A stretch of 53,117 nt of DNA from a virus (lineage: Duplodnaviria; Caudoviricetes). Below, one piece after another: positions 18,053-28,007 of the stretch. The notes beneath the pieces were generated by a model. The model searched no databases. It was not told where the DNA came from and saw nothing but the letters and a program-made list of their open reading frames with translations. Made by a program: the position numbers and the translations under genes. The stretch covers positions 1-53,117 of IMG/VR virus record IMGVR_UViG_3300018074_000005. One strand, 5' to 3'. Each line of letters opens with the position of its first letter. Within the stretch, counting starts at the first letter, position 1.

Positions 18053-18886
18053 ATGGCCAAACGAGGACGTCCCAAGAAAGCAGTCGCTGCACAAGCCCCC
18101 GTCGAAGTTGCTCCGCCGCAGCCCGAGCACGACGAGACTGCGCTCATCAAAGTATCGCGAGCTGACTTGCAGATGGACCTGCCTTATGCGGGCCGCGTCG
18201 GTTTGCAACTGCCCTCCAGTACGACCTTTGCGGAATGGCTTAAATTCGCCCAGCCGCTGAATTTCGTCCAGCAAGGCGTACTGTGGTGGGTAGGTGACTA
18301 TCTGAACTTCGGCGAGAAGAAATTCGGCGATACCTACTCGCAGGCATTAGGTGACTTGCCCTACGCCTACGACACGCTGGTGCGCTGCCGCTCGATCGCG
18401 AACAAAATCCCGATCAATGAGCGTCGCCAAGACCTGAGCTTCGCCCATCATGTGACGGTCGCCAAGCTGTCATCCAAGGAGCGCGCCAAGTGGCTGGAAT
18501 ACGCCGCCAACAACGGACTCAACATTAAAGAGCTGCGGGTTGCGATCAAAGCGGCGACCCGAGTCGCCGCACCCGATGGCAAGGTGGCGCCGCTGGACGT
18601 ATTGCTGGCGGAACTCGGCAAAGTAGCGGCGAGGACTGCTGAGCAGCTGGCGCCGGCCGCCTCGGCAATTGTCAAACTCGGTCGGGAACTTGTCGATGAA
18701 GGCATCGACCAGCCCGACATCGTGCGGGTGCTCAAGCAGGTGTTCGCCGGCCAGAAGGCGCTGGAGAAGTTCATCGAAGCCGCTGAGCCCGCACGCGATC
18801 ATCCCACGGGTTGGGATGAAGCTGATGCCGCTGATCCCAATGCCGCCGAAGTGAAAAAGGGCGAGGAAGCTGCGGCTGCTGAGTAG
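18053..18886 (+). CDS. LmbU-like DNA-binding regulator
   Basis: FAEW...WWVGDYLNFGEKKFGDTYSQA...RRQDLSFAHHVTVA...WLEYA...LNIKELR; N-terminal AT-hook-like KRGRPKK; RBS GAGGT. Confidence 0.7.
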   Translation: MAKRGRPKKAVAAQAPVEVAPPQPEHDETALIKVSRADLQMDLPYAGRVGLQLPSSTTFAEWLKFAQPLNFVQQGVLWWVGDYLNFGEKKFGDTYSQALGDLPYAYDTLVRCRSIANKIPINERRQDLSFAHHVTVAKLSSKERAKWLEYAANNGLNIKELRVAIKAATRVAAPDGKVAPLDVLLAELGKVAARTAEQLAPAASAIVKLGRELVDEGIDQPDIVRVLKQVFAGQKALEKFIEAAEPARDHPTGWDEADAADPNAAEVKKGEEAAAAE

Positions 18887-18891
18887 GGCCG

Positions 18892-19776
18892 ATGCCGGGG
18901 GCGTTTGAGTCTGCGCCGGGACTGGGTGGAGTGGGCGACAGCTCCGGTGTGCTGTTCCGCAGCAACCCGCTTGAGCGGATGCCCACCGGCGCACGCGCAG
19001 TCGGCAATCCGGGCCGCGCGATTCCGATGAGCGAAACGGAGCTGGGTAGCTACCCGGTTGATAATCCGTATGCATCGGAAGGCGATATTGAGGCGTTTCG
19101 GATGGCGGCACGTGGGCGGGAGTTATTGGCGGAACGAGCAGCGCGCGAACCAACGTATGAGGAGTTTTCGGAGATCGACATGGCCAAAGTCAGAGCACTA
19201 AGAGTACCGGAGCAAGGCGATGGAGCCACCGTATTGTCCAAACCCAAAGTGCAAAAGCAATCTCGTCCAGCGCCACAACCGGCGCCGGATGCAAGTGCTG
19301 CCCAACGACCGCGCCCACGTGTTCGTCTGTCCGCAGTGCCGTCATCTGGAAGTGGAGACATTTCGGAGCCATCAGCGGGCGGGTCAACAGGAGGCGCAGC
19401 GGCGAAGAATGGAGCAGGCGCGGCAGGAGACCACCTAGTCGCCAACCAGCCCAACGGCGAAGTCGCCTACTTCATCGACGCGGGTTATTTCAAGACCGGC
19501 GACTACGATCAGGTAGTCAAGGTGTTTAACCGGCTCAACGACCAACTGATGGAGCTGGCCAAGCAGATCGAAGCGCGTCGGCTAGGGGATCAGGAGAAGC
19601 GTTGCGACTTCTGCAAGAAACCGTTCGGTTTGGACAACCCGCTCTACGGCCGGCAGCCGTATGAAGTCTTGCCGGGGGTATGGAAGGTGATCGTGACCTG
19701 CCGGAATACGAATTGTGAGGCGAAGTTCAACGATGCGATCGGGACGATCAAGCAGCGGCGCGGGCAGTTGGGATAG
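18892..19776 (+). CDS. Hypothetical protein with C-terminal Zn finger
   Basis: CDFCKKPF...CRNTNC; in operon. Confidence 0.65.
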   Translation: MPGAFESAPGLGGVGDSSGVLFRSNPLERMPTGARAVGNPGRAIPMSETELGSYPVDNPYASEGDIEAFRMAARGRELLAERAAREPTYEEFSEIDMAKVRALRVPEQGDGATVLSKPKVQKQSRPAPQPAPDASAAQRPRPRVRLSAVPSSGSGDISEPSAGGSTGGAAAKNGAGAAGDHLVANQPNGEVAYFIDAGYFKTGDYDQVVKVFNRLNDQLMELAKQIEARRLGDQEKRCDFCKKPFGLDNPLYGRQPYEVLPGVWKVIVTCRNTNCEAKFNDAIGTIKQRRGQLG

Positions 19777-19788
19777 CAAAGAACAGGT

Positions 19789-19864
19789 GGCGAGGTAGGG
19801 GAGCATGGAAACCCGCGACGTTCATACCGTCGGGATTGCAGGTTCAAATCCTGCCCCCGCAACC
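19789..19864 (+). tRNA. tRNA with CAT anticodon (fMet-like 3' end, atypical)
   Basis: Anticodon arm CGACG-TTCATAC-CGTCG; T-arm GCAGG-TTCAAAT-CCTGC; 3' end CCCCGCAACC; mismatches at 1:72 and 5:68. Confidence 0.75.
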
Positions 19865-19891
19865 CCACCTCTCAAACGCTTTCGCCTCAAA

Positions 19892-20086
19892 ATGAATGAA
19901 ATGTCAGCGGCACGATTCGATGGCAGTGCCGAATGCGCCCGACAACTTGGCCTGCGCAAAGATCGTGGAAACTGGCGGCTGGGCGCTGAGAGTGTCGATA
20001 TCGGTGATTGGATCGTAATTGATATCCAGAACAAACATAGTTGTGTACGACCAGGGGTATTTGCGCGATTGTACGAGCGGCTGTGA
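19892..20086 (+). CDS. Hypothetical protein
   Basis: VDIGDWIV...VRPGVFARLYE, a motif style common in small phage proteins. Confidence 0.5.
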   Translation: MNEMSAARFDGSAECARQLGLRKDRGNWRLGAESVDIGDWIVIDIQNKHSCVRPGVFARLYERL

Positions 20087-20089
20087 CCC

Positions 20090-21910
20090 ATGGGGACGGT
20101 AGCCGAAAGGCATGATCGCCAGATCGACTACCGGCGTATGGGTCAATTTATCCGCTCTCTTCCCGTTAAAGACCCTGAAAAACGCATTGTGCCGTTCAAG
20201 CCGCGCCCCGGTCAGCAACGCTTCCTCCAGCATCTGGAAACGTTGCAGGATGACCATCGGTTGCCGCGCACATTGATCGTCAAGTCCCGGCGCGTCGGTA
20301 TCTCCAAAATCTGCACCGCGATTCTGGTCGCGCACTGCCTCGCGATCAAAAACGCCGATGCCCGTATCACGGCCCACCTTCAAGAGACCGCCCGCGACCT
20401 GTTCAATGCCGCCGCCTTGATGTGGCGCAAGTTGCGACTGAACACGGAAGTCCCGACTCGCTCGATTGTGAAGTTCCAATCAGGGGAATCCGGCGCCAGT
20501 CTGACTTGCGGTACGGCACGCACGGTGGCCGGTGGTCGTGGCTTGGGGTTCTCCAGCTTGCTCGCCACGGAAGCCGCCTACTACGACAAAGAAGAGTCGT
20601 TTGAGGCGCTGGTTCCGACTATTCCGCTCAAGCCCGACTTCTTTGTCTTCATCGAGTCAACCGCCAACGGTCGTGAAGGCAAGGGTGGCCCGTTTTATGA
20701 GCAATATAATCTCGCAGTTGAGGGCCAGTCAGACTTCTCGGTGTTCTTCCTTGGCCCGCAGGAAGACCCCGATTGCATTATCACGGACGCCAGACTCGCC
20801 AAGGAGATCATGGCGCGACCGACCGATCAGGAAAACCGCGACGAAGAGACCGACCTTGTAAAGCGGTTCAAACTCAATCAGGGACAGCTCGCATGGCGGC
20901 GCGTGCAGCTCTCATCGCCGACTTGCCGCGGTTCGCTCAAGAAACTTCATACCGAGTATCCGTATGACGCTGACTCTGCCTTTGTCGCTTCGGGCGATGC
21001 GGTATTCGAGAAAGAAGAACTGCGCTTCGCGGAGGAATGCGTCAAGGCATCGCCGCGACCAACCAAATGCGATATCCGCGTGCATGGTGAGCCGGGTGAT
21101 CGCACAGTCAGCCGCGAGCTTGGCGGCGGGCCGATTCTCATGTGGAGGATGCCCGAACGCGGCCACAGCTACTATATCGGCGCTGATGCCGCCAAGGGCA
21201 CCGCCACCGGCGACTTCGCCGCGGCGGTGGTCTGGGATGGGAACAGTGGCGAGCAGGTAGCGCAATTCGCCGAGCGCGCATCAGTGCTTCAATTCGCAGA
21301 CTACCTGGACCGGCTGGGTCGTTATTTCGGGCAGGGTATGCCGACCAAGCAGGCGATGGTCAACATCGAAATCAGTTGCGGCCACGGCTCGGCGGTCCAG
21401 CAAATCCTGCGCGATCAATACCGCTACAGCAACTTCTATCGCTGGCGGAGCAAGGATGATCGCTTGGTCAAGGAGACTACACGACGCACGGCGCTGGGCT
21501 GGGAGACGACGACGCGGACGCGGCCGATGCTGGTTGATCACTTCCGCACCAACTTGGAGAAGAAGGAACTAATCGTTCGCTCCGAGATTTTATATAGCCA
21601 GATGGCGCGGGCGGAGCAGGAGTTCGGGATGCGCTGGGACGTGGTGCAGGGCCACGACGATGTGCTGATGGCCGCGATGATCGGCTGGATGGCGGTGGTG
21701 CAGTGGCCGCCGATGGACTTGAGTTATTCGCGGGTCGGCGCACGCAAACAGGAGGCCGATGTGATTGCGCAGCCGGGCAGTGCAGTCTTTTTTGAGACCG
21801 TCAAACAGATGGGCAAGGTGGCAAGCGCGCATCGGCTGGGGTTGGATCGGCCCAAGACCATCGCCGAGATGTGGTACCAGGCGCATGAAGGCAAGCCGGT
21901 GAGCCCATAA
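20090..21910 (+). CDS. terL: Terminase large subunit
   Basis: Walker A IVKSRRVGIS, GRG, Walker B LLATEAAYY, ESTANG, nuclease motifs YYIGAD and GHDDVLMA. Confidence 0.93.
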   Translation: MGTVAERHDRQIDYRRMGQFIRSLPVKDPEKRIVPFKPRPGQQRFLQHLETLQDDHRLPRTLIVKSRRVGISKICTAILVAHCLAIKNADARITAHLQETARDLFNAAALMWRKLRLNTEVPTRSIVKFQSGESGASLTCGTARTVAGGRGLGFSSLLATEAAYYDKEESFEALVPTIPLKPDFFVFIESTANGREGKGGPFYEQYNLAVEGQSDFSVFFLGPQEDPDCIITDARLAKEIMARPTDQENRDEETDLVKRFKLNQGQLAWRRVQLSSPTCRGSLKKLHTEYPYDADSAFVASGDAVFEKEELRFAEECVKASPRPTKCDIRVHGEPGDRTVSRELGGGPILMWRMPERGHSYYIGADAAKGTATGDFAAAVVWDGNSGEQVAQFAERASVLQFADYLDRLGRYFGQGMPTKQAMVNIEISCGHGSAVQQILRDQYRYSNFYRWRSKDDRLVKETTRRTALGWETTTRTRPMLVDHFRTNLEKKELIVRSEILYSQMARAEQEFGMRWDVVQGHDDVLMAAMIGWMAVVQWPPMDLSYSRVGARKQEADVIAQPGSAVFFETVKQMGKVASAHRLGLDRPKTIAEMWYQAHEGKPVSP

Positions 21911-22167
21911 TGATCGGCAAGGGTAATCGCTGGACTTGGATCCTCTCGTTTTTCGAGCCCGATGCGGAGACCGGACAGGAATACGACTATGTGTTCAACC
22001 AGCTCATCGGACCTGACGAGATCAACTATGCACCGTGGGTGAAGGCGCTCGTTGGTGGAAGTTGCCCACATGAATTGGTGGATATGCCGCTTCCTGAAGC
22101 CCGCCGGTTTCGGTTGGTAGCAATCGATCCGCCTTTTTTGCTGTACGCCGAGCTGCGGGAGCACTGA
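21910..22167 (+). CDS. Hypothetical protein
   Basis: Translationally coupled to terL. Confidence 0.55.
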   Translation: MIGKGNRWTWILSFFEPDAETGQEYDYVFNQLIGPDEINYAPWVKALVGGSCPHELVDMPLPEARRFRLVAIDPPFLLYAELREH

Positions 22168-22371
22168 TGGGCAAGACGCACAATAAGTTCATCAACATGG
22201 AATGTCGTGGCCGTTGCGGCAAAAAAGCGCCCATGACATGGGGTCGGAGTTGGATTTGCCCAGACTGTCTTGCAATCTCTTGGAAGGTGCTGTATCTCCG
22301 CGAAGAGGGGATCGGGTCCATCCCTGCTAACTTATTGCAGCAGTAGCCGTATCTGATGGAAGAGGCGGATA

Positions 22372-22962
22372 ATGGAGCCAGCGGAACTCAAGGCGGTCAA
22401 TCTGAAGATCGGGGGCGGTCCGCGTAGTGAAGGCGAACTTGCCAAGGCCGAAGCTGAACTCCAAGCTCGTATCAGTGCCCGCCGCCTCGATCGCACTATC
22501 GCAGAGCGCGAAGCGCGTCTGCCCCCCGGTGCCGGTAGCCGCCGACGCGGCTTTCTAGCCGGCTCACCCGGCCAGCATACTCCGCTAGCCGCACAACCGG
22601 CGTCAGCGCCGCCGGCCTCAGCCGAAGAGGCCGAGCTTGCCCGTATTGCTGACCCGCATGTCAAGCAGCTCAAGGCCAACAAAGATGCCGCACGGATCAT
22701 GTCGATCATTGGTAAGTATTGGGTCCTGGTCGCGCAGGAAGAGGGCAACCCGAAAGCATGGCGCGCCATCCAACGCGCACTGATGAACAATCTTGGTATA
22801 CTAGTCAATCGCGTCGGCACATTGCCCCAGCTCATATCGCTGGTGCGCTCGCTGGATGAGCCCGATGAACAGCCCAAAGTGCCCGCCAGCAGCAAGCCCA
22901 AGGATCGTGCGGGTCAGTACGAGGGTTTCCTGCTGGGGGATGATGTAGAATTGGAGTTGTAG
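22372..22962 (+). CDS. Hypothetical protein
   Basis: RBS GAGG; between terL and portal. Confidence 0.65.
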   Translation: MEPAELKAVNLKIGGGPRSEGELAKAEAELQARISARRLDRTIAEREARLPPGAGSRRRGFLAGSPGQHTPLAAQPASAPPASAEEAELARIADPHVKQLKANKDAARIMSIIGKYWVLVAQEEGNPKAWRAIQRALMNNLGILVNRVGTLPQLISLVRSLDEPDEQPKVPASSKPKDRAGQYEGFLLGDDVELEL

Positions 22963-22984
22963 AGAACTGCGTGGCCGTTGACCT

Positions 22985-24745
22985 ATGGCACAATTGCTCC
23001 GGCGCGAAGAGAACGACGCTGAAAATCGGATTTGTTCAACGCTGGATGACCTCCAGCGCATAGCCGAAGGCGGCCGCGCCGCCGTTTTGGGCCAAGGTTT
23101 CTTCGACAAGGCGCGCAAATGGTATTCCTTCGACCCGCCCGCGATGAATCGCGTGATCTACCACCCGCTGGTCAGGGTGGCCGATCTTCAGATGCTCAAT
23201 CTGCGTGAGGCTAACGAACTCACCACACCCGTCCCGAAGTTCTTTATCCAGCGGCTGTTCGGCCAGCCTATCGGTGCGCGCGACCGTGATCGCGAAGCCT
23301 GCTTTCGCGCCAACTGGGACTTGGCCGAGTTTCAGATGGAACTGCTATACGCGGAGACTTACGCGGGCATCGTAGGCTCAACGCCGCTTCAGGTCTTCTT
23401 TGACCCCGACTTCCAGCGTGGATTGGGTGCCGTGCGGCTGCGCGCCCGCGACCCCGAGAGCTACTACCCGGACCCATCCGCCTACGATGACGAGGAACGC
23501 AGTTACATCATCCTCGAAGACAACCTGAGCATCGAAGAGATCGCCCGGCTTTACGGACGCGAATCAGCCGACCTGATTCAAAAAGAGTTCCGTGTCGGTT
23601 CGCGGGTCCGCATCCCGCGTACGCAAAGCGACTATCCGGCAACGGGGCTGGCCTTGCCGCCGGGGCCGCTGCAGAGCATGGGACCGCTGGGACACGGTGC
23701 CTTCTCCACGCCGAGCAACCGCGAAGGACGGCTGCGCGTGCGCACCCTGTTCATCAAGGACTCCACCAGGATGCCGTTTACGGATCAGCTCCGACTGACG
23801 CTGCTGCGCAACGAAGACTTGATCTTGCCCGAGCCCGCCGACGTGCCGATGTTCCCCAATGGGCGAGTGATCGTAGAATGCCAACGGCGCATCCTGCATG
23901 ATGGTCCCAACCCCTACCGTGGTTTTCCGGTCTTCAGGCTATGCGCCCTGCCGCCGCTTTACGGCTATTGGGCGCCGCCGCTCATCCGCTACACGCAAGA
24001 CCTGCAATCACTGGCGGAGGAAATGTTCTCGCAGACCTTCGAGAATGCCTACCGGATGAACAACGCAATGATGTTCATCAAGCAGCAGTCGGGGCTGACC
24101 AGCAATGACGTGGACGGGCTCCCCGGCCGACTTTACTTTGTGGATCCGCAGGCGGGGGAGAACGCCGCACAGATCGTTGTCACGCCGCCGTTCCCGCAGC
24201 ACTTCCTGGACTATCCGAAGTACCTGCTTGAGATGCAGCGCGAGCAATTGGGCATGACGGCCGCGCGCAGCGGTAACGCCGGTGCGGGTAATGTCGGCAT
24301 GGGACTGTTCGATTCCGAAGTCTTTCAGGCGCAGGCTATCACGCGATTGCGCTCGCGGCTGTTGGCCTCGACGATGAAGAAAATTGCCGCCTTCGTGTTC
24401 GAGACCATGACCGACACGATCGGGAGTCGCATCTATCCCATGATGGAAGGAACCGGCGCCGATCCTGAGGCAGTGCTATGGGAAGGCGGTCCGCAACTTG
24501 CGCAGATGGAGTGGAATGTACTGCTGGACGGCAATTCGCTCAGACTCGATTCCGCTGCGTCGTTGCGCCAGCTTGCGCTGACGCTGGCGCGTTTCGGCAA
24601 GATCGACGACGAGACGTTGTATGAGTGGCTTGAGGCGCCGGATCAGCAGGGAATCATGGAGCGGCGCCGGACGCAGGCGCTATGGACCGCGATTCAGGCG
24701 GTTGGCCAGCTACAACCGGCGCGTGGAGGGCACAAGGCAGGATGA
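22985..24745 (+). CDS. Portal protein
   Basis: 586 aa downstream of terL; YYPDPSA, DGPNPY..FP, YW...LI...QDLQ features typical of podovirus portals. Confidence 0.85.
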   Translation: MAQLLRREENDAENRICSTLDDLQRIAEGGRAAVLGQGFFDKARKWYSFDPPAMNRVIYHPLVRVADLQMLNLREANELTTPVPKFFIQRLFGQPIGARDRDREACFRANWDLAEFQMELLYAETYAGIVGSTPLQVFFDPDFQRGLGAVRLRARDPESYYPDPSAYDDEERSYIILEDNLSIEEIARLYGRESADLIQKEFRVGSRVRIPRTQSDYPATGLALPPGPLQSMGPLGHGAFSTPSNREGRLRVRTLFIKDSTRMPFTDQLRLTLLRNEDLILPEPADVPMFPNGRVIVECQRRILHDGPNPYRGFPVFRLCALPPLYGYWAPPLIRYTQDLQSLAEEMFSQTFENAYRMNNAMMFIKQQSGLTSNDVDGLPGRLYFVDPQAGENAAQIVVTPPFPQHFLDYPKYLLEMQREQLGMTAARSGNAGAGNVGMGLFDSEVFQAQAITRLRSRLLASTMKKIAAFVFETMTDTIGSRIYPMMEGTGADPEAVLWEGGPQLAQMEWNVLLDGNSLRLDSAASLRQLALTLARFGKIDDETLYEWLEAPDQQGIMERRRTQALWTAIQAVGQLQPARGGHKAG

Positions 24746-25011
24746 ACAGCCACAAGCAACGTCGCGATCTGGGGCAAGTGCCGCCTTGGAACTACGATCC
24801 GCAGCCGGAATTATGGGTACGAGTCGGCGTAGCTTGCAAATGGTTCCGCCTGGGTCGTAAACGCATCAATCAACTCTGCAACAACGGCGATTTTGAGGGT
24901 GTCTACCGTACCTATTTCGATGGCTTCCGCTGGTATATCCGCCTACCGCGACTGCCCGATGTCTCCGAGCCTGAATCTAATAAGGCTAATCCCGCCCCAT
25001 TGGTGAAGTAA
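24742..25011 (+). CDS. Hypothetical protein, possible HTH
   Basis: ATGA overlap with the portal stop; VGVACKWFRLGRKRINQLC...WYI. Confidence 0.5.
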   Translation: MNSHKQRRDLGQVPPWNYDPQPELWVRVGVACKWFRLGRKRINQLCNNGDFEGVYRTYFDGFRWYIRLPRLPDVSEPESNKANPAPLVK

Positions 25012-25071
25012 TCAGCGCGGCGCTGCTTGCGCGAGCCAAAACCGTAACGTTAAGGTCGCGGCAAGGGACCT

Positions 25072-25329
25072 ATGCCAGCGATCGAGCGAATCGGCAGCTT
25101 TGAGCGCCACGGTGAGTATTACCGGGTACAGGTTGCCGTCAACGGGCGGCCGCTGACTCCGGTTTGGCTGTGTGCGCCGGAGTTTGAGCAATACGAACGC
25201 TCCGGGCGGTTGTTCGAGGAGCTGGCGCGGGTATCGATCATGATGGACGAACATGCGCAGGGCGCGATGCGTGCTGCGCTGGCCGAAATTAGCAATTCGC
25301 GAATCTCACAAGGAGGTATGCCCCGATGA
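25072..25329 (+). CDS. Hypothetical protein
   Basis: RBS AAGGGA; in operon. Confidence 0.55.
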   Translation: MPAIERIGSFERHGEYYRVQVAVNGRPLTPVWLCAPEFEQYERSGRLFEELARVSIMMDEHAQGAMRAALAEISNSRISQGGMPR

Positions 25330-25376
25330 TCGATCGGTATCGACGCGGCCGCAAGCGCAGCAGCAAGCGGCGCTAG
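25326..25376 (+). CDS. 16-aa Arg/Lys-rich peptide
   Basis: Strong RBS AAGGAGGT 8 nt upstream; MIDRYRRGRKRSSKRR*. Confidence 0.6.
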   Translation: MIDRYRRGRKRSSKRR

Positions 25377-25506
25377 GGAGCGTACCGGGGCAAGCCTGAC
25401 CTGCTCGGCCTTGAGCGGGTAAGACTGTTTCGGCGCTTCAAGTTACAACCCCAGTGGGAGTTCCGGCGTCAGCGCCGGTTCTCCCGCTCAAACAAGGTGA
25501 AGACCG

Positions 25507-25692
25507 ATGGCGAAGAGAAAGAACGCCACGCAGGGTTATCCGGCCGGCTTCAAGTCGCCGCTGAACTACGGCGGCTCCCGCAAGAAGGGCGAGACTTGGG
25601 ACCCGCCGCAGAATGTGATGCCCAAGAGCCCACCTGATCCGCTGGGTATTGTGCCCAACGTGAACAAGGCGATCCGGTTGAACGATAAGTAA
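25507..25692 (+). CDS. Hypothetical protein
   Basis: RBS AAGGTGA; in operon. Confidence 0.55.
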   Translation: MAKRKNATQGYPAGFKSPLNYGGSRKKGETWDPPQNVMPKSPPDPLGIVPNVNKAIRLNDK

Positions 25693-25694
25693 CA

Positions 25695-26117
25695 ATGGGC
25701 GCGTTTCAAATGCCCCCCGCTGGTGGCGGTATGCCGCCCGGCGGTGCTCCCGGAGGTGGCGGGCCTCCCGGCGCAGGGGGGGGAGCACCCGGTGGGGGTG
25801 GCGCACCCGGTGGTGGGGGCAGTTCCAGTCTGGCGGCATTGGCGCCGCTTATCAGCCGTTTCACGCAGCAACATAACGATACGCAGGAAAAGGCCAAGAT
25901 GGTCCAACAGGCCAACTTGCTCATTTCCCGTGTGATGCAGCGCGAAATGACAGCCAACCCCAAAGCGTACCAGATGGCACTCAAGGTGTTGATGGATTTG
26001 GCTAAGCTGGAAACTGAAGTCAGCCAGCCCAGCAAAAAGCATCCGCCGATTATGAGCGGCATTACGCAGCTATTTCAAACTGGGGGGAATCTCGGGTTGA
26101 AGTCACCGAATCAATAG
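25695..26117 (+). CDS. Gly/Pro-rich head-module protein
   Basis: Low-complexity N-terminus and helical C-terminus; located before the scaffold. Confidence 0.65.
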   Translation: MGAFQMPPAGGGMPPGGAPGGGGPPGAGGGAPGGGGAPGGGGSSSLAALAPLISRFTQQHNDTQEKAKMVQQANLLISRVMQREMTANPKAYQMALKVLMDLAKLETEVSQPSKKHPPIMSGITQLFQTGGNLGLKSPNQ

Positions 26118-26126
26118 GAGCAGGCC

Positions 26127-26936
26127 ATGGCGACCCTGGACGAAATTCTGAAAGAACCGGCTAAATTCGCCGCCGATACGATGGTGCCGCTCTCCGAAGT
26201 GCGTCCGGCACTGGAAGCGCGCGAAAGCGCGTGGGGGCAGGAGCGGGCTGGTCGCGAAGCGTTGGAACGCAGCATCCGGCTGCTCAATGAGCCGCGCCAA
26301 ATCGAGCAACCGCCAGCCACGGTAGCGCCGGCCGAGCCGCAGGAAGACCCGTTTGAGCACGACCCCTATTCGCGGGCAATACTCAAACGTATCGACCGCA
26401 CGATTAGTGAGCGGCTGGAGAACTTCGGCAAGGAATATCAGGCGCGCAACGAAAACACCATCCGGCCGCTGGTCGATGGCGGCGGCGCATTGGCGCGGCT
26501 GGCGCTGCAACTCAAAAGCACGCAGGATTTCAGCGCATTCAACGATTGGCCGGAGGGCTACACACCCGAGCGCGCATTCACCGAGGCGGTCCAGCGGGGC
26601 CTTTTGGAACGGGAGTCGAGACTGCCGGACATCAAGGGCCTGCATCATGTCATCACGGAGCCGACGCGGCTTAAGGGCATGGAAGACATCGCGTACAAGA
26701 AGGGCCTCGAAGAGGGCATCAAGCAGACCGAGGCGAAGTTCACGGCGCAGACCCGTTCGCGCTTCCAGGCGGTGCCGCGCAGCAACGCCAGCCGCGCAGT
26801 CGGCGCTGATGGCAAGCCTGCTGAGGACGAGTTCAAGGGCATCCCACGCAAGGATCGTCTACAGGCTTGGTTTGATCGGGTGCAGATCACGCCCGAAGAA
26901 GCTCAACAGGCCGGAATACGGATGGGCGGATTCTAG
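26127..26936 (+). CDS. Capsid scaffolding protein (putative)
   Basis: Charged helical protein immediately upstream of the major capsid gene; RBS AGGAG. Confidence 0.7.
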   Translation: MATLDEILKEPAKFAADTMVPLSEVRPALEARESAWGQERAGREALERSIRLLNEPRQIEQPPATVAPAEPQEDPFEHDPYSRAILKRIDRTISERLENFGKEYQARNENTIRPLVDGGGALARLALQLKSTQDFSAFNDWPEGYTPERAFTEAVQRGLLERESRLPDIKGLHHVITEPTRLKGMEDIAYKKGLEEGIKQTEAKFTAQTRSRFQAVPRSNASRAVGADGKPAEDEFKGIPRKDRLQAWFDRVQITPEEAQQAGIRMGGF

Positions 26937-26971
26937 GAAAAAGACACTTCGGGTAGGTAGGAGAAGGAATC

Positions 26972-27967
26972 ATGGCAAGCGCAGTAGGTACCGGAGTTTT
27001 CCAGCCGCCGGTCCAGGAACTCGCGACGGCATCGGCAATTCTGGCCAAGGTCCCCTTGGACCTGCTCGGCGACACGGTAACGCTGCCCTCGCCCATGCTA
27101 TGGGCGATGACTCGGCGGGGTCGGATGGGTGGTGCCGGGGCGGCAATCAACTATGCGGCACTGGCCTCGCTCAACCAAAACCGTGGTGCCTACTTCGGCG
27201 ACATGCTGCTGAATAACCAGATTCAGGACACGCGCCAGCCCGTCGAACTTCAATGGAAGTTCAACTACCAAGGATTGACCGTCGCGACGACTGACGCCAT
27301 TTTGCAATACGGCTCGGGCATGACCGGCATCCGCGACCTGCTCAGCTCAGAGGTGATGATCGCAGCGGCATCGTTCACCGATTATCTATCACGTGCACAG
27401 TGGCACACGGCGCCGGCCAATTCGACACTGGATGTCGATGATTACGAATCCTGGCTTGGCCAGCAGGCCAATACGATCGGCGGCATCAACCGCGCGACCG
27501 CAGCTAATGCCTTTTGGCGGCCGCTGGCCTCGCAGAACACGGCTTCGGGTACGTCGCTGACGCCGACTGATGCGGAAGTCGCTTACCAGACGGCTGGCTT
27601 CGGCTACGACTATCCCGACATTCTGGCGCTCAATCCGAGTCCCTACGCGACCTTCAAGCTCAACTTCACCCAAAACATCCGTTATCTCGATCCGACGGAG
27701 ATGGCTCCGGATGGCTCCTTTCCTGAGCATTTCGTATTCAACAAGGCGATCGTACTCGCGGATCGCTTTGTGACCTCGACCAAGGCGTTCTTTTTCAACA
27801 GCCGGTACATCTACCCGAAGTTCCACGAGGCGGATTACTTCACCATCGATCCGTGGTTGAAACCCAGCCGCCAGCGCGTGCTGAGCACGATGATGTACCT
27901 GACTTGGAACATCCTTTGCCTCTCGCCTTCGCGCGCGGGGATCATGATCAACAACGTCGGGCTGTAA
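26972..27967 (+). CDS. Major capsid protein
   Basis: 331 aa; strong RBS; TIGGINRATAANAFWR motif; position after scaffold. Confidence 0.85.
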   Translation: MASAVGTGVFQPPVQELATASAILAKVPLDLLGDTVTLPSPMLWAMTRRGRMGGAGAAINYAALASLNQNRGAYFGDMLLNNQIQDTRQPVELQWKFNYQGLTVATTDAILQYGSGMTGIRDLLSSEVMIAAASFTDYLSRAQWHTAPANSTLDVDDYESWLGQQANTIGGINRATAANAFWRPLASQNTASGTSLTPTDAEVAYQTAGFGYDYPDILALNPSPYATFKLNFTQNIRYLDPTEMAPDGSFPEHFVFNKAIVLADRFVTSTKAFFFNSRYIYPKFHEADYFTIDPWLKPSRQRVLSTMMYLTWNILCLSPSRAGIMINNVGL

Positions 27968-28007
27968 GCCCGCACCAAGCGGCTGAGGCGTAGGGAGAGC
28001 AACCAAA

